Positions 9,043 to 18,670 of a stretch of 32,000 nt of DNA are shown one piece after another. The stretch lies in NCBI GenBank assembly GCA_026387835.1, contig JAPLKZ010000005.1, positions 1-32,000 on the forward strand, read 5' to 3'. Within the stretch, counting starts at the first letter, position 1, and every line of letters starts with the position of its first letter. The position numbers and the translations under genes are program-made. Below the pieces are notes generated by a model, which searched no databases, was not told where the DNA came from, and worked only from the letters and a program-made list of their open reading frames with translations. The stretch is from Candidatus Saganbacteria bacterium. GTDB lineage: Bacteria > Margulisbacteria > WOR-1 > JAKLHX01.

Positions 9043-10317
9043 ATGCAAAAAGAAATTAAAATAGGATTGATCGGGTTCGGTACCGTCGGGAGCGGTGTGG
9101 CCGCGCTTTTACAAAAGAACGCGCTCTACATCGAAAAAATGACGGGCGTGAGCATAAGGATCGATCGGATAGCGGACACAGATATTTTAAGGAAAAGACC
9201 TGTAGACATCGATATGCGTATTATGACGCAGGACGCTTACGATATCATAAAAGATAAAAAGATAGACATTGCAGTGGAAGCGGTAGGCGGCACTGACCCC
9301 GCGCTGAGATTTGTCATCGACGCGATAAACGAAGGAAAACATATAGTCACTTCAAATAAAGAACTGATGGCGAAACACGGCCCCGCAATACTTGAAGCTG
9401 CCGATAATAAAGGGGTCCGCGTACTTTTCGAAGGTTCCGTGGGAGGCGGGATACCGATAATAGCAGGCCTCAGGCGGCTTTTGTCGGCCAACAGGATAGA
9501 GGAAGTGTACGGGATAGTGAACGGCACTACAAATTATATTCTTTCGGACATGGCCGCGTCAGGCAGGGACTTTTCGGCCTCTCTTGAAGCGGCAAAAAGA
9601 CTGGGATACGCGGAATCGGACCCCAAGAACGATATAGAGGGATTTGACGCGTCTTTCAAGGCCGCCATCCTTGCTTCTGTCGCTTTCGGGCAAAAGGTCA
9701 ATTGGGAAAAAATATATTTTGAAGGAATAGACGGCGTTACCGTGGAAGATGTCCAGTATGCGGAGGAAATGGGATACAGCATCAAACTTCTTGCAGTAGC
9801 AAAAAGAAAGAACGGCGGATGCGAGATCCGCGTGAATCCGGTCCTCATCGATAAAGACCATCCCCTTGCCGGGGTCTCAGGGGCTTACAACGCGATATAC
9901 GTAAAAGGCGACAGTGTCGGCGAGCAGATGTTCTACGGCGAGGGCGCGGGCGGCGGGCCCACGGCTTCCGCTGTCGTTTCGGACGTGATAGAGATAGCCT
10001 TAAATCCGGATAAGGGGAATATAAAGCTTGAAGGCGAGGCAAAGATCGCGAACATAGATGACTGCGAAAGCAGGTTCTATGTAAGGCTGAGGGCCAAAGA
10101 CGCTCCGGGAGTTCTCGCGGCAATAGCGGGCGCTTTCGGGGACAAAAAGGTAAGCATTCAGAGCGCGCTCCAGAAGGGCACTATTGATAATATCGCCACA
10201 ATTGTTATAATTACTCATAAGGTCAAGGAAAGAAATTTCCGTGAAGCGGCAGAGACGATCTCGAGACTGCCTCAGATAGACACGATAGGCAGCATAATCC
10301 GGGCGGGAATGGAGTAA
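9043..10317 (+). CDS. hom: Homoserine dehydrogenase with ACT domain
   Basis: IGLIGFGTVGSGVAALLQKN, GTTNYILSDMA, C-terminal ACT-like VRLRAKDAPGVLAAIAGAFGDKKVSIQS. Confidence 0.96.
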   Translation: MQKEIKIGLIGFGTVGSGVAALLQKNALYIEKMTGVSIRIDRIADTDILRKRPVDIDMRIMTQDAYDIIKDKKIDIAVEAVGGTDPALRFVIDAINEGKHIVTSNKELMAKHGPAILEAADNKGVRVLFEGSVGGGIPIIAGLRRLLSANRIEEVYGIVNGTTNYILSDMAASGRDFSASLEAAKRLGYAESDPKNDIEGFDASFKAAILASVAFGQKVNWEKIYFEGIDGVTVEDVQYAEEMGYSIKLLAVAKRKNGGCEIRVNPVLIDKDHPLAGVSGAYNAIYVKGDSVGEQMFYGEGAGGGPTASAVVSDVIEIALNPDKGNIKLEGEAKIANIDDCESRFYVRLRAKDAPGVLAAIAGAFGDKKVSIQSALQKGTIDNIATIVIITHKVKERNFREAAETISRLPQIDTIGSIIRAGME

Positions 10318-10320
10318 TAA

Positions 10321-11238
10321 ATGCTACTTGGAATATTGTCACCTTTTATGAAGAAGATAGTGGATGAAGAAGCTTCGTTCCCGTCGCCGTCGGCAAAAAC
10401 AAAGATCAACAAAGCGATAGGAAGGTACAAGCTTCTTTCAATAGGCCAGAAATGGAAAGAGCACATGGAGGACATAAAGTTCGCGCTGGCCGACCTCCTG
10501 CTGGCAAGGGGCGAGGAAAAGGACTATAAAGAAGCCCTCGAAAGTTATAACCTGATAATCGCAAAGACCCGCAGCGCCGCCCTCAAAGGCAGGTCGCTGA
10601 TCGGGAAAGCGGAGCTTGCCATCATGGGGATCGCCAATATGAGCGCCGATGAGGCCATAAAGCTCTGCAAAGAAGGGTGCAAACTTCTGAAAGGCGACCT
10701 AAGGGACTTTTTTGTCGCGAAAGGCACGGCCGTCGAAGCCGAACTGCTCGTAAAAAAATCTGGCCAGAAGAACATAAAGACTGCGGCAAAGCTTTTTGAC
10801 CGGCTGATAGGCAGGAAGAACGCCAACCCTTATTTCCGCGGCAGGGCGCTTGTCGGCAAAGCCGAGCTGATACTTTACTTCGGGCTGGACACGCTTTCAA
10901 AGGGAGTGTCGCTTTGCGAGGAAGCCCTCAGGATATTCATTGACAGGCCTCTCGACTATTTCGCGATAAAGGGAAAGCTCATCGAAGCGGAAATGCTGGC
11001 AAGAAGAGGCGGCCCGTCAGACCTGCAGAAAGCAGAGAATGTCTGCGAAAAAGTGATCACCAGCTCATCGGCCCACAAAGACCTTCAGTCAAGGGCAAAA
11101 CTTGTCCTGGCTGAGATCTCCAAGAAAGAAAAAGCAAAACAGCTGTTCGAGGAAGTGCTCCACCAGGAAGACATCGATCCATACCTTATAGAGAAAGCTA
11201 AATTGGTCAAGGAAAGGTTCAGGAATAAAGCGAACTGA
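10321..11238 (+). CDS. TPR-like alpha-helical repeat protein
   Basis: Repeated A-L-E-x-Y-N / G-K-A-E-L helical units; starts 3 bp after hom. Confidence 0.6.
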   Translation: MLLGILSPFMKKIVDEEASFPSPSAKTKINKAIGRYKLLSIGQKWKEHMEDIKFALADLLLARGEEKDYKEALESYNLIIAKTRSAALKGRSLIGKAELAIMGIANMSADEAIKLCKEGCKLLKGDLRDFFVAKGTAVEAELLVKKSGQKNIKTAAKLFDRLIGRKNANPYFRGRALVGKAELILYFGLDTLSKGVSLCEEALRIFIDRPLDYFAIKGKLIEAEMLARRGGPSDLQKAENVCEKVITSSSAHKDLQSRAKLVLAEISKKEKAKQLFEEVLHQEDIDPYLIEKAKLVKERFRNKAN

Positions 11239-11251
11239 TCAGGTCGGCCCC

Positions 11252-12043
11252 TTAAAAAAATGAAAGCGCTTTCTTTATTTCGGGAAGCGCTTTTTTTGCG
11301 GCTTCTTCCCCTAATTGCACGAGACGCTCGGCTTTGTCCAGTTCAAGCGAGGATATCCTCTCATGTACCGGCGTGATAAGCACATCGCAGCCTTTCTTTT
11401 TGTCCCGGTCCTGGTTGAGTATAAAAAGGTCAAGGGCCCTGTCAAATATCTCAAGGATGTTCTTGAAATCATCCGCTTCTTCGAGCCTGGGGATGACATC
11501 GACGCCGATGACTATGTCGGCTCCCATCTTTCTGACGATGTCTGACGGAAGGTTGTTTTTTAAGACCCCGTCGACAAGAAGATGTTTTTCATACTTAAAA
11601 GGAATGTACATCCACGGAAAAGAGCAGGACGCGCGTACCGCTTTGCATACTTCGCCTTTATCAAGAACGACCTCTTCACCGGTCTTTATGTCGATGGTAA
11701 CGGCCGAAAAAGGCTTTTCCATGTCAGCAAAGGTTTTTTTGCCTATCTGGCTGATCACAAAGTTCTCGATCTCCTCGCTTGAGACCAGTCCCGATTTTGA
11801 AAGGACGATCCTGAAGAAGTTCTTCCATTTGACCTTCGTCGCGATCTCCATCATCGTGGTAATGTTCACGCCGCCGGCAAACAACGATCCGATAAGCGCT
11901 CCCGCGCTGGTCCCCGCGATCATGTCAACAGGGATCCTGTGATCGTGGAAGACCTTTAATACGCCGATGTGGGCGAGGCCTCTTGCACCTCCGCCGGAAA
12001 GCGCAAGGCCTACTTTTTTCTTCCTGAAAGGATTAAAGAGCAT
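11252..12043 (-). CDS. Patatin-like phospholipase (RssA-type)
   Basis: GLALSGGGARGLAHIGVLKV, GTSAGALIG (GxSxG), VDGVLKNNLP. Confidence 0.92.
   Translation of the reverse strand: MLFNPFRKKKVGLALSGGGARGLAHIGVLKVFHDHRIPVDMIAGTSAGALIGSLFAGGVNITTMMEIATKVKWKNFFRIVLSKSGLVSSEEIENFVISQIGKKTFADMEKPFSAVTIDIKTGEEVVLDKGEVCKAVRASCSFPWMYIPFKYEKHLLVDGVLKNNLPSDIVRKMGADIVIGVDVIPRLEEADDFKNILEIFDRALDLFILNQDRDKKKGCDVLITPVHERISSLELDKAERLVQLGEEAAKKALPEIKKALSFF
11263..11297. terminator. Bidirectional-looking terminator between convergent genes
   Basis: aaagcgctttc ... gggaagcgcttttttt, with A-run upstream and T-run downstream; overlaps the 3' end of the minus-strand gene. Confidence 0.6.
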
Positions 12044-12073
12044 GATTATTTTCTATCTTAACATATTTCATCT

Positions 12074-12901
12074 TCAGATCTCCTCGATTATCCTTATTAC
12101 GATGTTCGGGTCAACAAAATTCGCGGTGCCTACGGCGATCGCGTCTGCTCCCGCGGCAAAAAACTCTCTCGCATCGGACGCGTTCATTATCCCGCCCATT
12201 CCAATGATCGGGACTTTAACCGCCTTTCTTACCTGCCTGATGAGTGACAGCGCGGTCTGTTTTATGGCAGGTCCGGAAAGGCCCGCAGTGAGTTTTTTCT
12301 TAGAATTAAGGACATCGACGGTGGTTTGAACGGTATTTATCATCGAGATAATATCGGCTCCCGCTCCGGCCGCGGCTTTCGCGATCACGGTAATATCTTT
12401 TACATTAGGCGTCAGTTTTGCTATCAAAGGAAGGCCGGTCGCCCTTCTGACGCTTGAGACCACTTCTCTTGTGAGAACCGGGTCCTGTCCGAATACCATG
12501 CATCCTTTATCGACGTTCGGGCAGGAGATGTTTATCTCTATCGCATCGATCCCTTTTTCCTTGTCCAGGACCTTCGCGATATCGGCATATTCTTCCACGG
12601 TCTCCCCCGCGATATTGACGATAACCGCGGTCTTGATCTTCCTTAGTTTAGGAAGGCAGTTCTTTATGAAATATTTGACCCCGTCATTTTGAAGCCCTAT
12701 CGAATTAACGAGGCCGTTATCGACTTCCACAAGACGCGGCTGGGGATTACCGCTCCTCGCCTTTAAAGTTACGGTCTTCGTGACGATAGCTCCGAGCTTT
12801 TCGATATCGACGAGGTCCGCAAACTCGAGACCAAATCCGAAAGTACCGGACGCGACCATGACCGGATTCTTTAATTTTAAACCGCCAAGGACTACTGCCA
12901 T
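12074..12901 (-). CDS. pyrD: Dihydroorotate dehydrogenase, catalytic subunit (class 1B)
   Basis: LKNPVMVASGTFGFG, IEINISCPNVDKG, IPIIGMGGIMNASDAREFFAAGADAIAVGTANF; adjacent to pyrK. Confidence 0.95.
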   Translation of the reverse strand: MAVVLGGLKLKNPVMVASGTFGFGLEFADLVDIEKLGAIVTKTVTLKARSGNPQPRLVEVDNGLVNSIGLQNDGVKYFIKNCLPKLRKIKTAVIVNIAGETVEEYADIAKVLDKEKGIDAIEINISCPNVDKGCMVFGQDPVLTREVVSSVRRATGLPLIAKLTPNVKDITVIAKAAAGAGADIISMINTVQTTVDVLNSKKKLTAGLSGPAIKQTALSLIRQVRKAVKVPIIGMGGIMNASDAREFFAAGADAIAVGTANFVDPNIVIRIIEEI

Positions 12902-13665
12902 ATTATTTCCTTTGGATCGAACACCGGGCCGTCCTTACAGACCCTTTTACTGCCGTCTTTTGTGCTGATCACACAGCCGAGGCACGCGCCGATGCCGCAC
13001 GCCATCCGCTCTTCCATCGATACCTGGCAGGAGATGCCGTGCTTTGCGGCAAGATCGCTCACGGCTTTTAGCATCGCTTTCGGGCCGCAGGCATATATCG
13101 CGGACTTTTTTGGGTCAAGGGATGAAAGATATGAAGAATACAGCGCCGCGACGTCGCATTTTGCGCCGCACGAGCCGTCATCGGTCGAAATATAGAGTTT
13201 TGTGCCTTTTTTTGCAAAGTCGTTCCTGCAGACAAGAAGTTCTTCGGTCGTCGCCCCCATGAAGAGATGCGACCCGATCTTCTTCTTTTTCAGTTCTTCT
13301 TCAAGGCCGTAGAGCGGGGCGGTCCCGCATCCGCCGGCTATCAGGATGGCGGTCTTTCCTTTGATTATCCTGAACCCGTTGCCGAGCGGGCCGATAACGT
13401 TCAATGTTTCCCCTTTTTTCCTTTTGGACAGGATTTCCGTCCCTTTTCCGACAACATGATAGAGAAGCGAGAACGAGTCTTTTCCGATAATATGGAAGCT
13501 GAACGGCCTGCGGAGCAGGGGAGTGGACGAGTTCAAAACTCTTACCTGGACGAACTGTCCGGGGCGTGCTTTAGTTGTTATTTTCCTGGACGAAAGAGCG
13601 ATCTTAAAATAACCGGGGGCGGTATTTATATTCTCAAGTATCCTGCAGTCTTCCTGAAATAGCAT
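12892..13665 (-). CDS. pyrK: Dihydroorotate dehydrogenase electron-transfer subunit
   Basis: RPFSFH, GPLGNGF, IAGGCGTAPLYGL, C-terminal CGIGACLGCVISTKDG...VCKDGPVF 2Fe-2S cluster region. Confidence 0.93.
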   Translation of the reverse strand: MLFQEDCRILENINTAPGYFKIALSSRKITTKARPGQFVQVRVLNSSTPLLRRPFSFHIIGKDSFSLLYHVVGKGTEILSKRKKGETLNVIGPLGNGFRIIKGKTAILIAGGCGTAPLYGLEEELKKKKIGSHLFMGATTEELLVCRNDFAKKGTKLYISTDDGSCGAKCDVAALYSSYLSSLDPKKSAIYACGPKAMLKAVSDLAAKHGISCQVSMEERMACGIGACLGCVISTKDGSKRVCKDGPVFDPKEIIWQ

Positions 13666-13717
13666 TTGACTTAATTTTAGCAGAGTGGGCCCGCGCGTTC
13701 AAACAGAGTCCGGGGCC

Positions 13718-15412
13718 CTATATATGCCCCAGATAGTTCAATATCTGTCTGAAAGGTTCGGGGGTTATCCTCACATCTCCAGTGAACGGGAAATCGAGGG
13801 CCAATATGGTGAACAATATCAGGGTAATAAGGACAGCAAGAAGCGAGGTCATAAATATCTGCGGGACCGTGTTCTCGGTACCGAAAAACATGGTGAAACA
13901 GATCGTTATCAGGCCGCCGCTTATCAGGACGAACCAGAGCAGCGGATGGACCCCGTTATTTGATTCGTTGATCCGCATGCGTCTCAGCTCGCCTTTCTCG
14001 TTAAGTTTATGCACGGATTCCTGGAGGAAGATCTTCTCGGTCTCGGTGCGGGGCCGGTACGAAGCGTACAACCTGTATATTCTGGTGGAAAGCTCCTGGA
14101 CATGCAGGCTTCTCTCCCCTTTTGAAAGAAGAGGCCATTCTTCGTTTATAATGCCTTTTGTATAATCATCCAGCGCTGTACAGATCTTTATCCTGAAATC
14201 CGGAGAGAGACCTTCGCTGTCGCGGTAAAGGTCGGCGATAGCGTTGGCCTCTTTTGACACGTTCGTGCTCGCGGTCTCAAAACTCTGCCATGAGATCACA
14301 ACCATAAAAGCCAGAAGGACGGCGTAGATCACGCCCAGCGTCGTGAAAATATAGCCGGCCACGTCATTGTGCTGTTTTAATTTATGGGCAGGCATCAATC
14401 TTCCCGCGATATAAAGCCCGCTGACGGAGATCAATAATGATATGAGCAAAACTTTTTCAAGAAGCCGCAGTATTACGTCAAGGCAGCCGACCGGCTCGCC
14501 GTCCATTTCGATAAAGACCTCTTCTTTTGATGTAATACGGATCTCTTTGCCCCTTTTTATTATAACCTTTTTATTTGAGAGATGATGCCCGCCGTATATG
14601 CTCCCGATGTTTCGCAGGACCTCGATACGGCTCATGCCTTCCACTATCACGATATCGAAACTGCCGTCGTCAATGGCGGCGTTAGGCGCGATCATCATGC
14701 CGCCGCCGAAGAATTTACCGTTCGCGGCCACGCCGGCAAGCACCGGGCCTTCAAAAAAACCATGGCCGTCGACATTGACGGTGATCTTATGATTTTTCAG
14801 GAATATAAGGCTGGATAATATCCCGAGGATGAAAGCGGCTTTTCCCCGGAATACCTTCGGCGACCGGTTCACCCTTTCGGCGACGTCGGAAGAAAAGCCG
14901 ATGCTTGATTCGTTGATGAACCTTCTTGAAGTGAAAGAACCGTTCTTTTTTCTGAAGATCGCCATGCCAGCATCTATTTTCTTTATATCGTTGTTGAGTA
15001 ACCTGTTGACCTGTTCTTCGACCGACAGGTCGTCTATACCGAGAGTGCGGGACAGATCCTCTCCCGTGCCGCTCGGGAAATATCCCAGGCAGGCTTCATG
15101 GTTTATCTTCTTGTCGGAATCGTAAAAGCCGTTAAGGACCTCGTTCAGCGTGCCGTCGCCGCCCACCGCGATGATCGCGTCGTACCCGTCATAGAGCGCT
15201 TTACCCGCGATGTAGGTGGCGTGTATGTTGCCCTTTGTAAATGAAAAATCCAGCTTCCCGAGTTTAAGCTCAAAAGCTTCCTTTACGCGCGGCCAGATCT
15301 TTGCCGTATTTCCGCCGGCGGAATGCGGATTGACGATGAAATAATACCTCGGCACCATATTGATATTATACTTCAAATACCGATCTTTTGATGAAATTCC
15401 GTAAAAAAACAT
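13718..15412 (-). CDS. Fusion: diacylglycerol-kinase/YegS-like lipid kinase domain + DUF4239 (bestrophin-like) membrane domain
   Basis: PRYYFIVNPHSAGG ... IIAVGGDGTLNEVLNG ... FPSGTGEDLSR ... VEGMSRI; then TM segments and FETASTNVSKEANAIADLYRDSEGLSPDFRIKICTALDDYTKGIINEEWP. Likely start is the ATG at 15358. Confidence 0.85.
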   Translation of the reverse strand: MFFYGISSKDRYLKYNINMVPRYYFIVNPHSAGGNTAKIWPRVKEAFELKLGKLDFSFTKGNIHATYIAGKALYDGYDAIIAVGGDGTLNEVLNGFYDSDKKINHEACLGYFPSGTGEDLSRTLGIDDLSVEEQVNRLLNNDIKKIDAGMAIFRKKNGSFTSRRFINESSIGFSSDVAERVNRSPKVFRGKAAFILGILSSLIFLKNHKITVNVDGHGFFEGPVLAGVAANGKFFGGGMMIAPNAAIDDGSFDIVIVEGMSRIEVLRNIGSIYGGHHLSNKKVIIKRGKEIRITSKEEVFIEMDGEPVGCLDVILRLLEKVLLISLLISVSGLYIAGRLMPAHKLKQHNDVAGYIFTTLGVIYAVLLAFMVVISWQSFETASTNVSKEANAIADLYRDSEGLSPDFRIKICTALDDYTKGIINEEWPLLSKGERSLHVQELSTRIYRLYASYRPRTETEKIFLQESVHKLNEKGELRRMRINESNNGVHPLLWFVLISGGLITICFTMFFGTENTVPQIFMTSLLAVLITLILFTILALDFPFTGDVRITPEPFRQILNYLGHI

Positions 15413-15428
15413 CCGATATATAAAAGAT

Positions 15429-16952
15429 ATGAAAACCGCTTTTCAAAGGATATTATTTCCGCTGGAATGCAACGGCCGTCACGCGGCGATCGCGGGAAGG
15501 ATCGATGACGCGATACAGGACTATAGAAGACCGTATTTTAACGGTTACCGGACGCCTGTCCAGAGGGCCGGAACAGTTCTTGAATTCAATTCAATGGCAT
15601 CGGGACTGGCAAAAAAATTGTCAGGCAATGCTGTCCCTATCGGTGACGAAACCATGCGCAGGGCCCTTGTCAGGACTTTCTGGCTGAATCCCAACGTGAC
15701 GCTTGGCAACGGCAAGTTCATCTTTAAGGGAAGCAACGAGGGAGGGACGATCCCTGTCATCTGCAGAAGCGATGACGAGGAAATGCCGCTCGAGATCCCT
15801 GTAAAAGTGGAACAAAAAAGGTGCCTAGTCGAATCTCTGGTAAAAGCGGTCATCGGCGAGTCGGAAACGCTTTGCGCACAGGATTTTCTAAAGGTCGCTT
15901 CGTTGCTGAACGATCCGCGGCTGTTCGCGGACGTAAAAACATTCGATCCTGAAGCTATCCTCGTGCCCCTTCCCGAACATAACGGGGTCGCGGGCGACAG
16001 GCCGGACAACTGCTGGTCCCCGGAGAGGATCGAACCCTCGCTGAAAAATTATTCGGCGCAGAGAGCACAGATTTTGGAAGCCAACAGGAAATATTTCGAA
16101 GAGATGTTCAGGATATTCCCGGTCAGGGACGACACGGGTGAAAAACTTGAAGTAGGCAGCGGCCTCGGCAATTTCAGGGCGATGATACCGCAACGGCTTT
16201 GGCCTTCGATGATCCACATGGACTGGAATACAGCGCTGACAGCTTATGTAAAAAAGCACTATGAAGGCGCGAGGGCCGAAACGGGGAATATATACGATAT
16301 CCCGTTCCCTGACGCGGCTTTTGAGAATGTCTTCGGCCTGACGCCTTTTGTCTCGTTATATTATCTCGACCACGCGATGGCCCAGATACACAGGGTGCTC
16401 AAGCCCGGAGGGACGCTGTTCGCATTTCAGGATATCATACCCAACGACAATCAGATGTCGGAACAGCTGGTCAGAAGAGGACTTTTTCCATACAGGAACC
16501 GGACCGCTTACAGTACAAAAAAGATCGACAGCAAAAAATTCCTGCTCAATATGGCCCTTGATGCATCCTGCAAAAAGATTGCCGATCGATCAGCATGGGA
16601 ACAATATCTGAAAGTATCCAACGGGAAAATGGTGATACAGAACTGCTACGAATATTTACATCACTGGCTGGTCAATGAGATGAAATATGCCGGTTTCGAT
16701 ATCCTTTATGCCGGGTTTGAAAAAGTATTTGAGGTAGCCATGAGGCAGATCCATCACGTGGATGTTGATCACAGCGGTAGCGTGATCGATCCTGATGTAT
16801 TGTTCAGATTTCAATGCGTCGAAGACGGTCCTTTTCACATGCAGCTTGAAATCCCGGGAGAATTGCCAGGTGACATCCGACGGGCCATCGGTCCTGACAG
16901 GCTGATCGAGTATTCAATAATCTGGGCCGTAGTAGGGCGGAAGAGAGAATAG
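15429..16952 (+). CDS. Class I SAM-dependent methyltransferase with uncharacterised N-terminal region
   Basis: LEVGSGLGNFRAMIP, NIYDIPFPDAAFENVFGL, IHRVLKPGGTLFAFQDI. Confidence 0.75.
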   Translation: MKTAFQRILFPLECNGRHAAIAGRIDDAIQDYRRPYFNGYRTPVQRAGTVLEFNSMASGLAKKLSGNAVPIGDETMRRALVRTFWLNPNVTLGNGKFIFKGSNEGGTIPVICRSDDEEMPLEIPVKVEQKRCLVESLVKAVIGESETLCAQDFLKVASLLNDPRLFADVKTFDPEAILVPLPEHNGVAGDRPDNCWSPERIEPSLKNYSAQRAQILEANRKYFEEMFRIFPVRDDTGEKLEVGSGLGNFRAMIPQRLWPSMIHMDWNTALTAYVKKHYEGARAETGNIYDIPFPDAAFENVFGLTPFVSLYYLDHAMAQIHRVLKPGGTLFAFQDIIPNDNQMSEQLVRRGLFPYRNRTAYSTKKIDSKKFLLNMALDASCKKIADRSAWEQYLKVSNGKMVIQNCYEYLHHWLVNEMKYAGFDILYAGFEKVFEVAMRQIHHVDVDHSGSVIDPDVLFRFQCVEDGPFHMQLEIPGELPGDIRRAIGPDRLIEYSIIWAVVGRKRE

Positions 16953-16972
16953 ATATCCGCTATCGCCGCGAA

Positions 16973-18226
16973 TTATTTAACTGATGCCATGCTTTTCAGA
17001 AAGACCTCGACCTGTGTATCGGGAAATTCGCCGATGATGTCAGTGAAGCATCTTTCATCAGCTTTTAAAAGCGCGTTCAAAAAAACAGCCCGTGGTGCCG
17101 TGGTCATGCCGGCTATAAAAAGTGCAGCGGTCTTGTTGTCGAACCGGTCCTGGACAACAGACAAAAGATTTCTGGATTCACAGGAGATCAGGGCCGCCAG
17201 ATCCGGCATCGATTCACCTGCGTTGCTGATGATCCCCGCCAGACTTTCGGAGGTCAGCGACTGAAGCGCTGAAGGAACGTTTGTTCTAAATCCGGCGGGT
17301 GCATTTAAAACACGGTGGGTTATCAGCCGGATGAGTTTTTCATCTTTTACTGCGGTATGCAAAAGCCATGCAAGAGGTGCGCGGTGCATTTGTTGCACTC
17401 TCAGCGCGAATAGTTCAACAGGACTTGGGTCCAGTTTTTCAAACGCCGCTGTTTTTATGGCTTCGGGAACCTCCTGGCTGCCATAGAACAGGTTCAAAAA
17501 TTGTGTATCTGCAAAAACAAAGGCGGAAACTCTTTCAGGTTTGATCAGGCCAGTTTTGAATATTGACGCGCTTTTGTCATCAAATACCCCGTTGAACAAT
17601 ATGTTCCCTCCAGTTGTATCTGACATCTTGTCCGAATTTAATACGCCGGCCAAATAAATAAGGACCGGTTCGCTTCCTTTTCCTGATAAAGAGGGCGGGT
17701 TTTTGATAAGGGCGGATATGGCTTGTCTTACAGCCCATTTTGTGTCCGGCCCGGCTGAAGCCATCTCTGCGACAAAATTACAATTCATCTGGTGGATCAA
17801 TGCCGGGATATGATCCTTGTCTTTCCATTCGGGATTATTAAGCAGCTCTGCGGACCTTGCCGGGCCCAAAATCTGGAGAATTGACGAGGTTGTTTCCGAG
17901 TAAAAATCAGGTTTGTGTAAATCTTTTGCCGAAAGGTCAAAAAAAGCGAATAATGCTTGGGCGGCTCTTGCATTGTCAGTGATATTTCCGATCATATCAG
18001 CTCTAGATCTGTCGGTCATTTTCGGATCCAAAAACACGTTTGAGATAACATCAGTCGGAAGAAAAGGATGATTCAACACTTGGATCAACCTTTCATGAGG
18101 GAGGCTTTGCAATGGCATCCTTTTGGCCGCGACATCAATTGCGAGCTTCCCTGCGCGGACCTTGCTGACGGTCAGATCTGTACGTATCATTATATTCCCC
18201 TTTCGATCGGTCATTTTTCGGCTCAT
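16973..18226 (-). CDS. Hypothetical alpha-helical protein (417 aa)
   Basis: Long uninterrupted ORF, likely helical-repeat composition; no recognised catalytic motif. Confidence 0.6.
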   Translation of the reverse strand: MSRKMTDRKGNIMIRTDLTVSKVRAGKLAIDVAAKRMPLQSLPHERLIQVLNHPFLPTDVISNVFLDPKMTDRSRADMIGNITDNARAAQALFAFFDLSAKDLHKPDFYSETTSSILQILGPARSAELLNNPEWKDKDHIPALIHQMNCNFVAEMASAGPDTKWAVRQAISALIKNPPSLSGKGSEPVLIYLAGVLNSDKMSDTTGGNILFNGVFDDKSASIFKTGLIKPERVSAFVFADTQFLNLFYGSQEVPEAIKTAAFEKLDPSPVELFALRVQQMHRAPLAWLLHTAVKDEKLIRLITHRVLNAPAGFRTNVPSALQSLTSESLAGIISNAGESMPDLAALISCESRNLLSVVQDRFDNKTAALFIAGMTTAPRAVFLNALLKADERCFTDIIGEFPDTQVEVFLKSMASVK

Positions 18227-18370
18227 GTATTTATCGTATGAAAAGACGGTGAATTTCAGTTATTTTTCGAACCATTTCCGTAAGCTCCCGTTTGACCGTC
18301 GCGGTGAAAAGAACGCAATCCCCTCATGCAGTTCAAAAGATATGATTTTGTAGTAAAATAGATGATATAT

Positions 18371-18441
18371 GCGGGATTAGTTGACCGGTTCAACATCAGC
18401 TTCCCAAGCTGAAAAAATGGGTTCGACTCCCATATCCCGCT
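18371..18441 (+). tRNA. tRNA-Gly(CCC)
   Basis: Cloverleaf by eye: acceptor gcgggat/atcccgc, D-arm gttg/caac, anticodon arm tcagc-ttCCCaa-gctga, T-arm atggg-ttcgact-cccat. Confidence 0.9.
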
Positions 18442-18447
18442 CATTGT

Positions 18448-18518
18448 GGCGTCGTGGCCGAGTGGTTAGGCTACGGTCTGCAAAACCGTTTACGCCGGTT
18501 CGAATCCGGCCGACGCCT
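18448..18518 (+). tRNA. tRNA-Cys(GCA)
   Basis: Acceptor ggcgtcg/cgacgcc, anticodon arm acggt-ctGCAaa-accgt, T-arm gccgg-ttcgaat-ccggc. Confidence 0.93.
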
Positions 18519-18537
18519 TTGTTATAATTGGGTGCAA

Positions 18538-18611
18538 GCGCGTTTAGCTCAGCTGGTTAGAGTACTTGCTTGACAGGCAAGGGGTCACTGGTTCGAACCC
18601 AGTAACGCGCA
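18538..18611 (+). tRNA. tRNA-Val(GAC)
   Basis: Acceptor gcgcgtt/aacgcgc, anticodon arm cttgc-ttGACag-gcaag, T-arm actgg-ttcgaac-ccagt. Confidence 0.9.
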
Positions 18612-18630
18612 TTGAACGAAGTGAAATGCG

Positions 18631-18652
18631 CAATCCCGCGAACGCGGGATTG
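18631..18652 (+). terminator. Hairpin followed by TTTT just downstream of the tRNA cluster
   Basis: caatcccgcg-aa-cgcgggattg perfect 10-bp arms, then tttt. Confidence 0.6.
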
Positions 18653-18670
18653 TTTTGCGACAGCAAAAAG

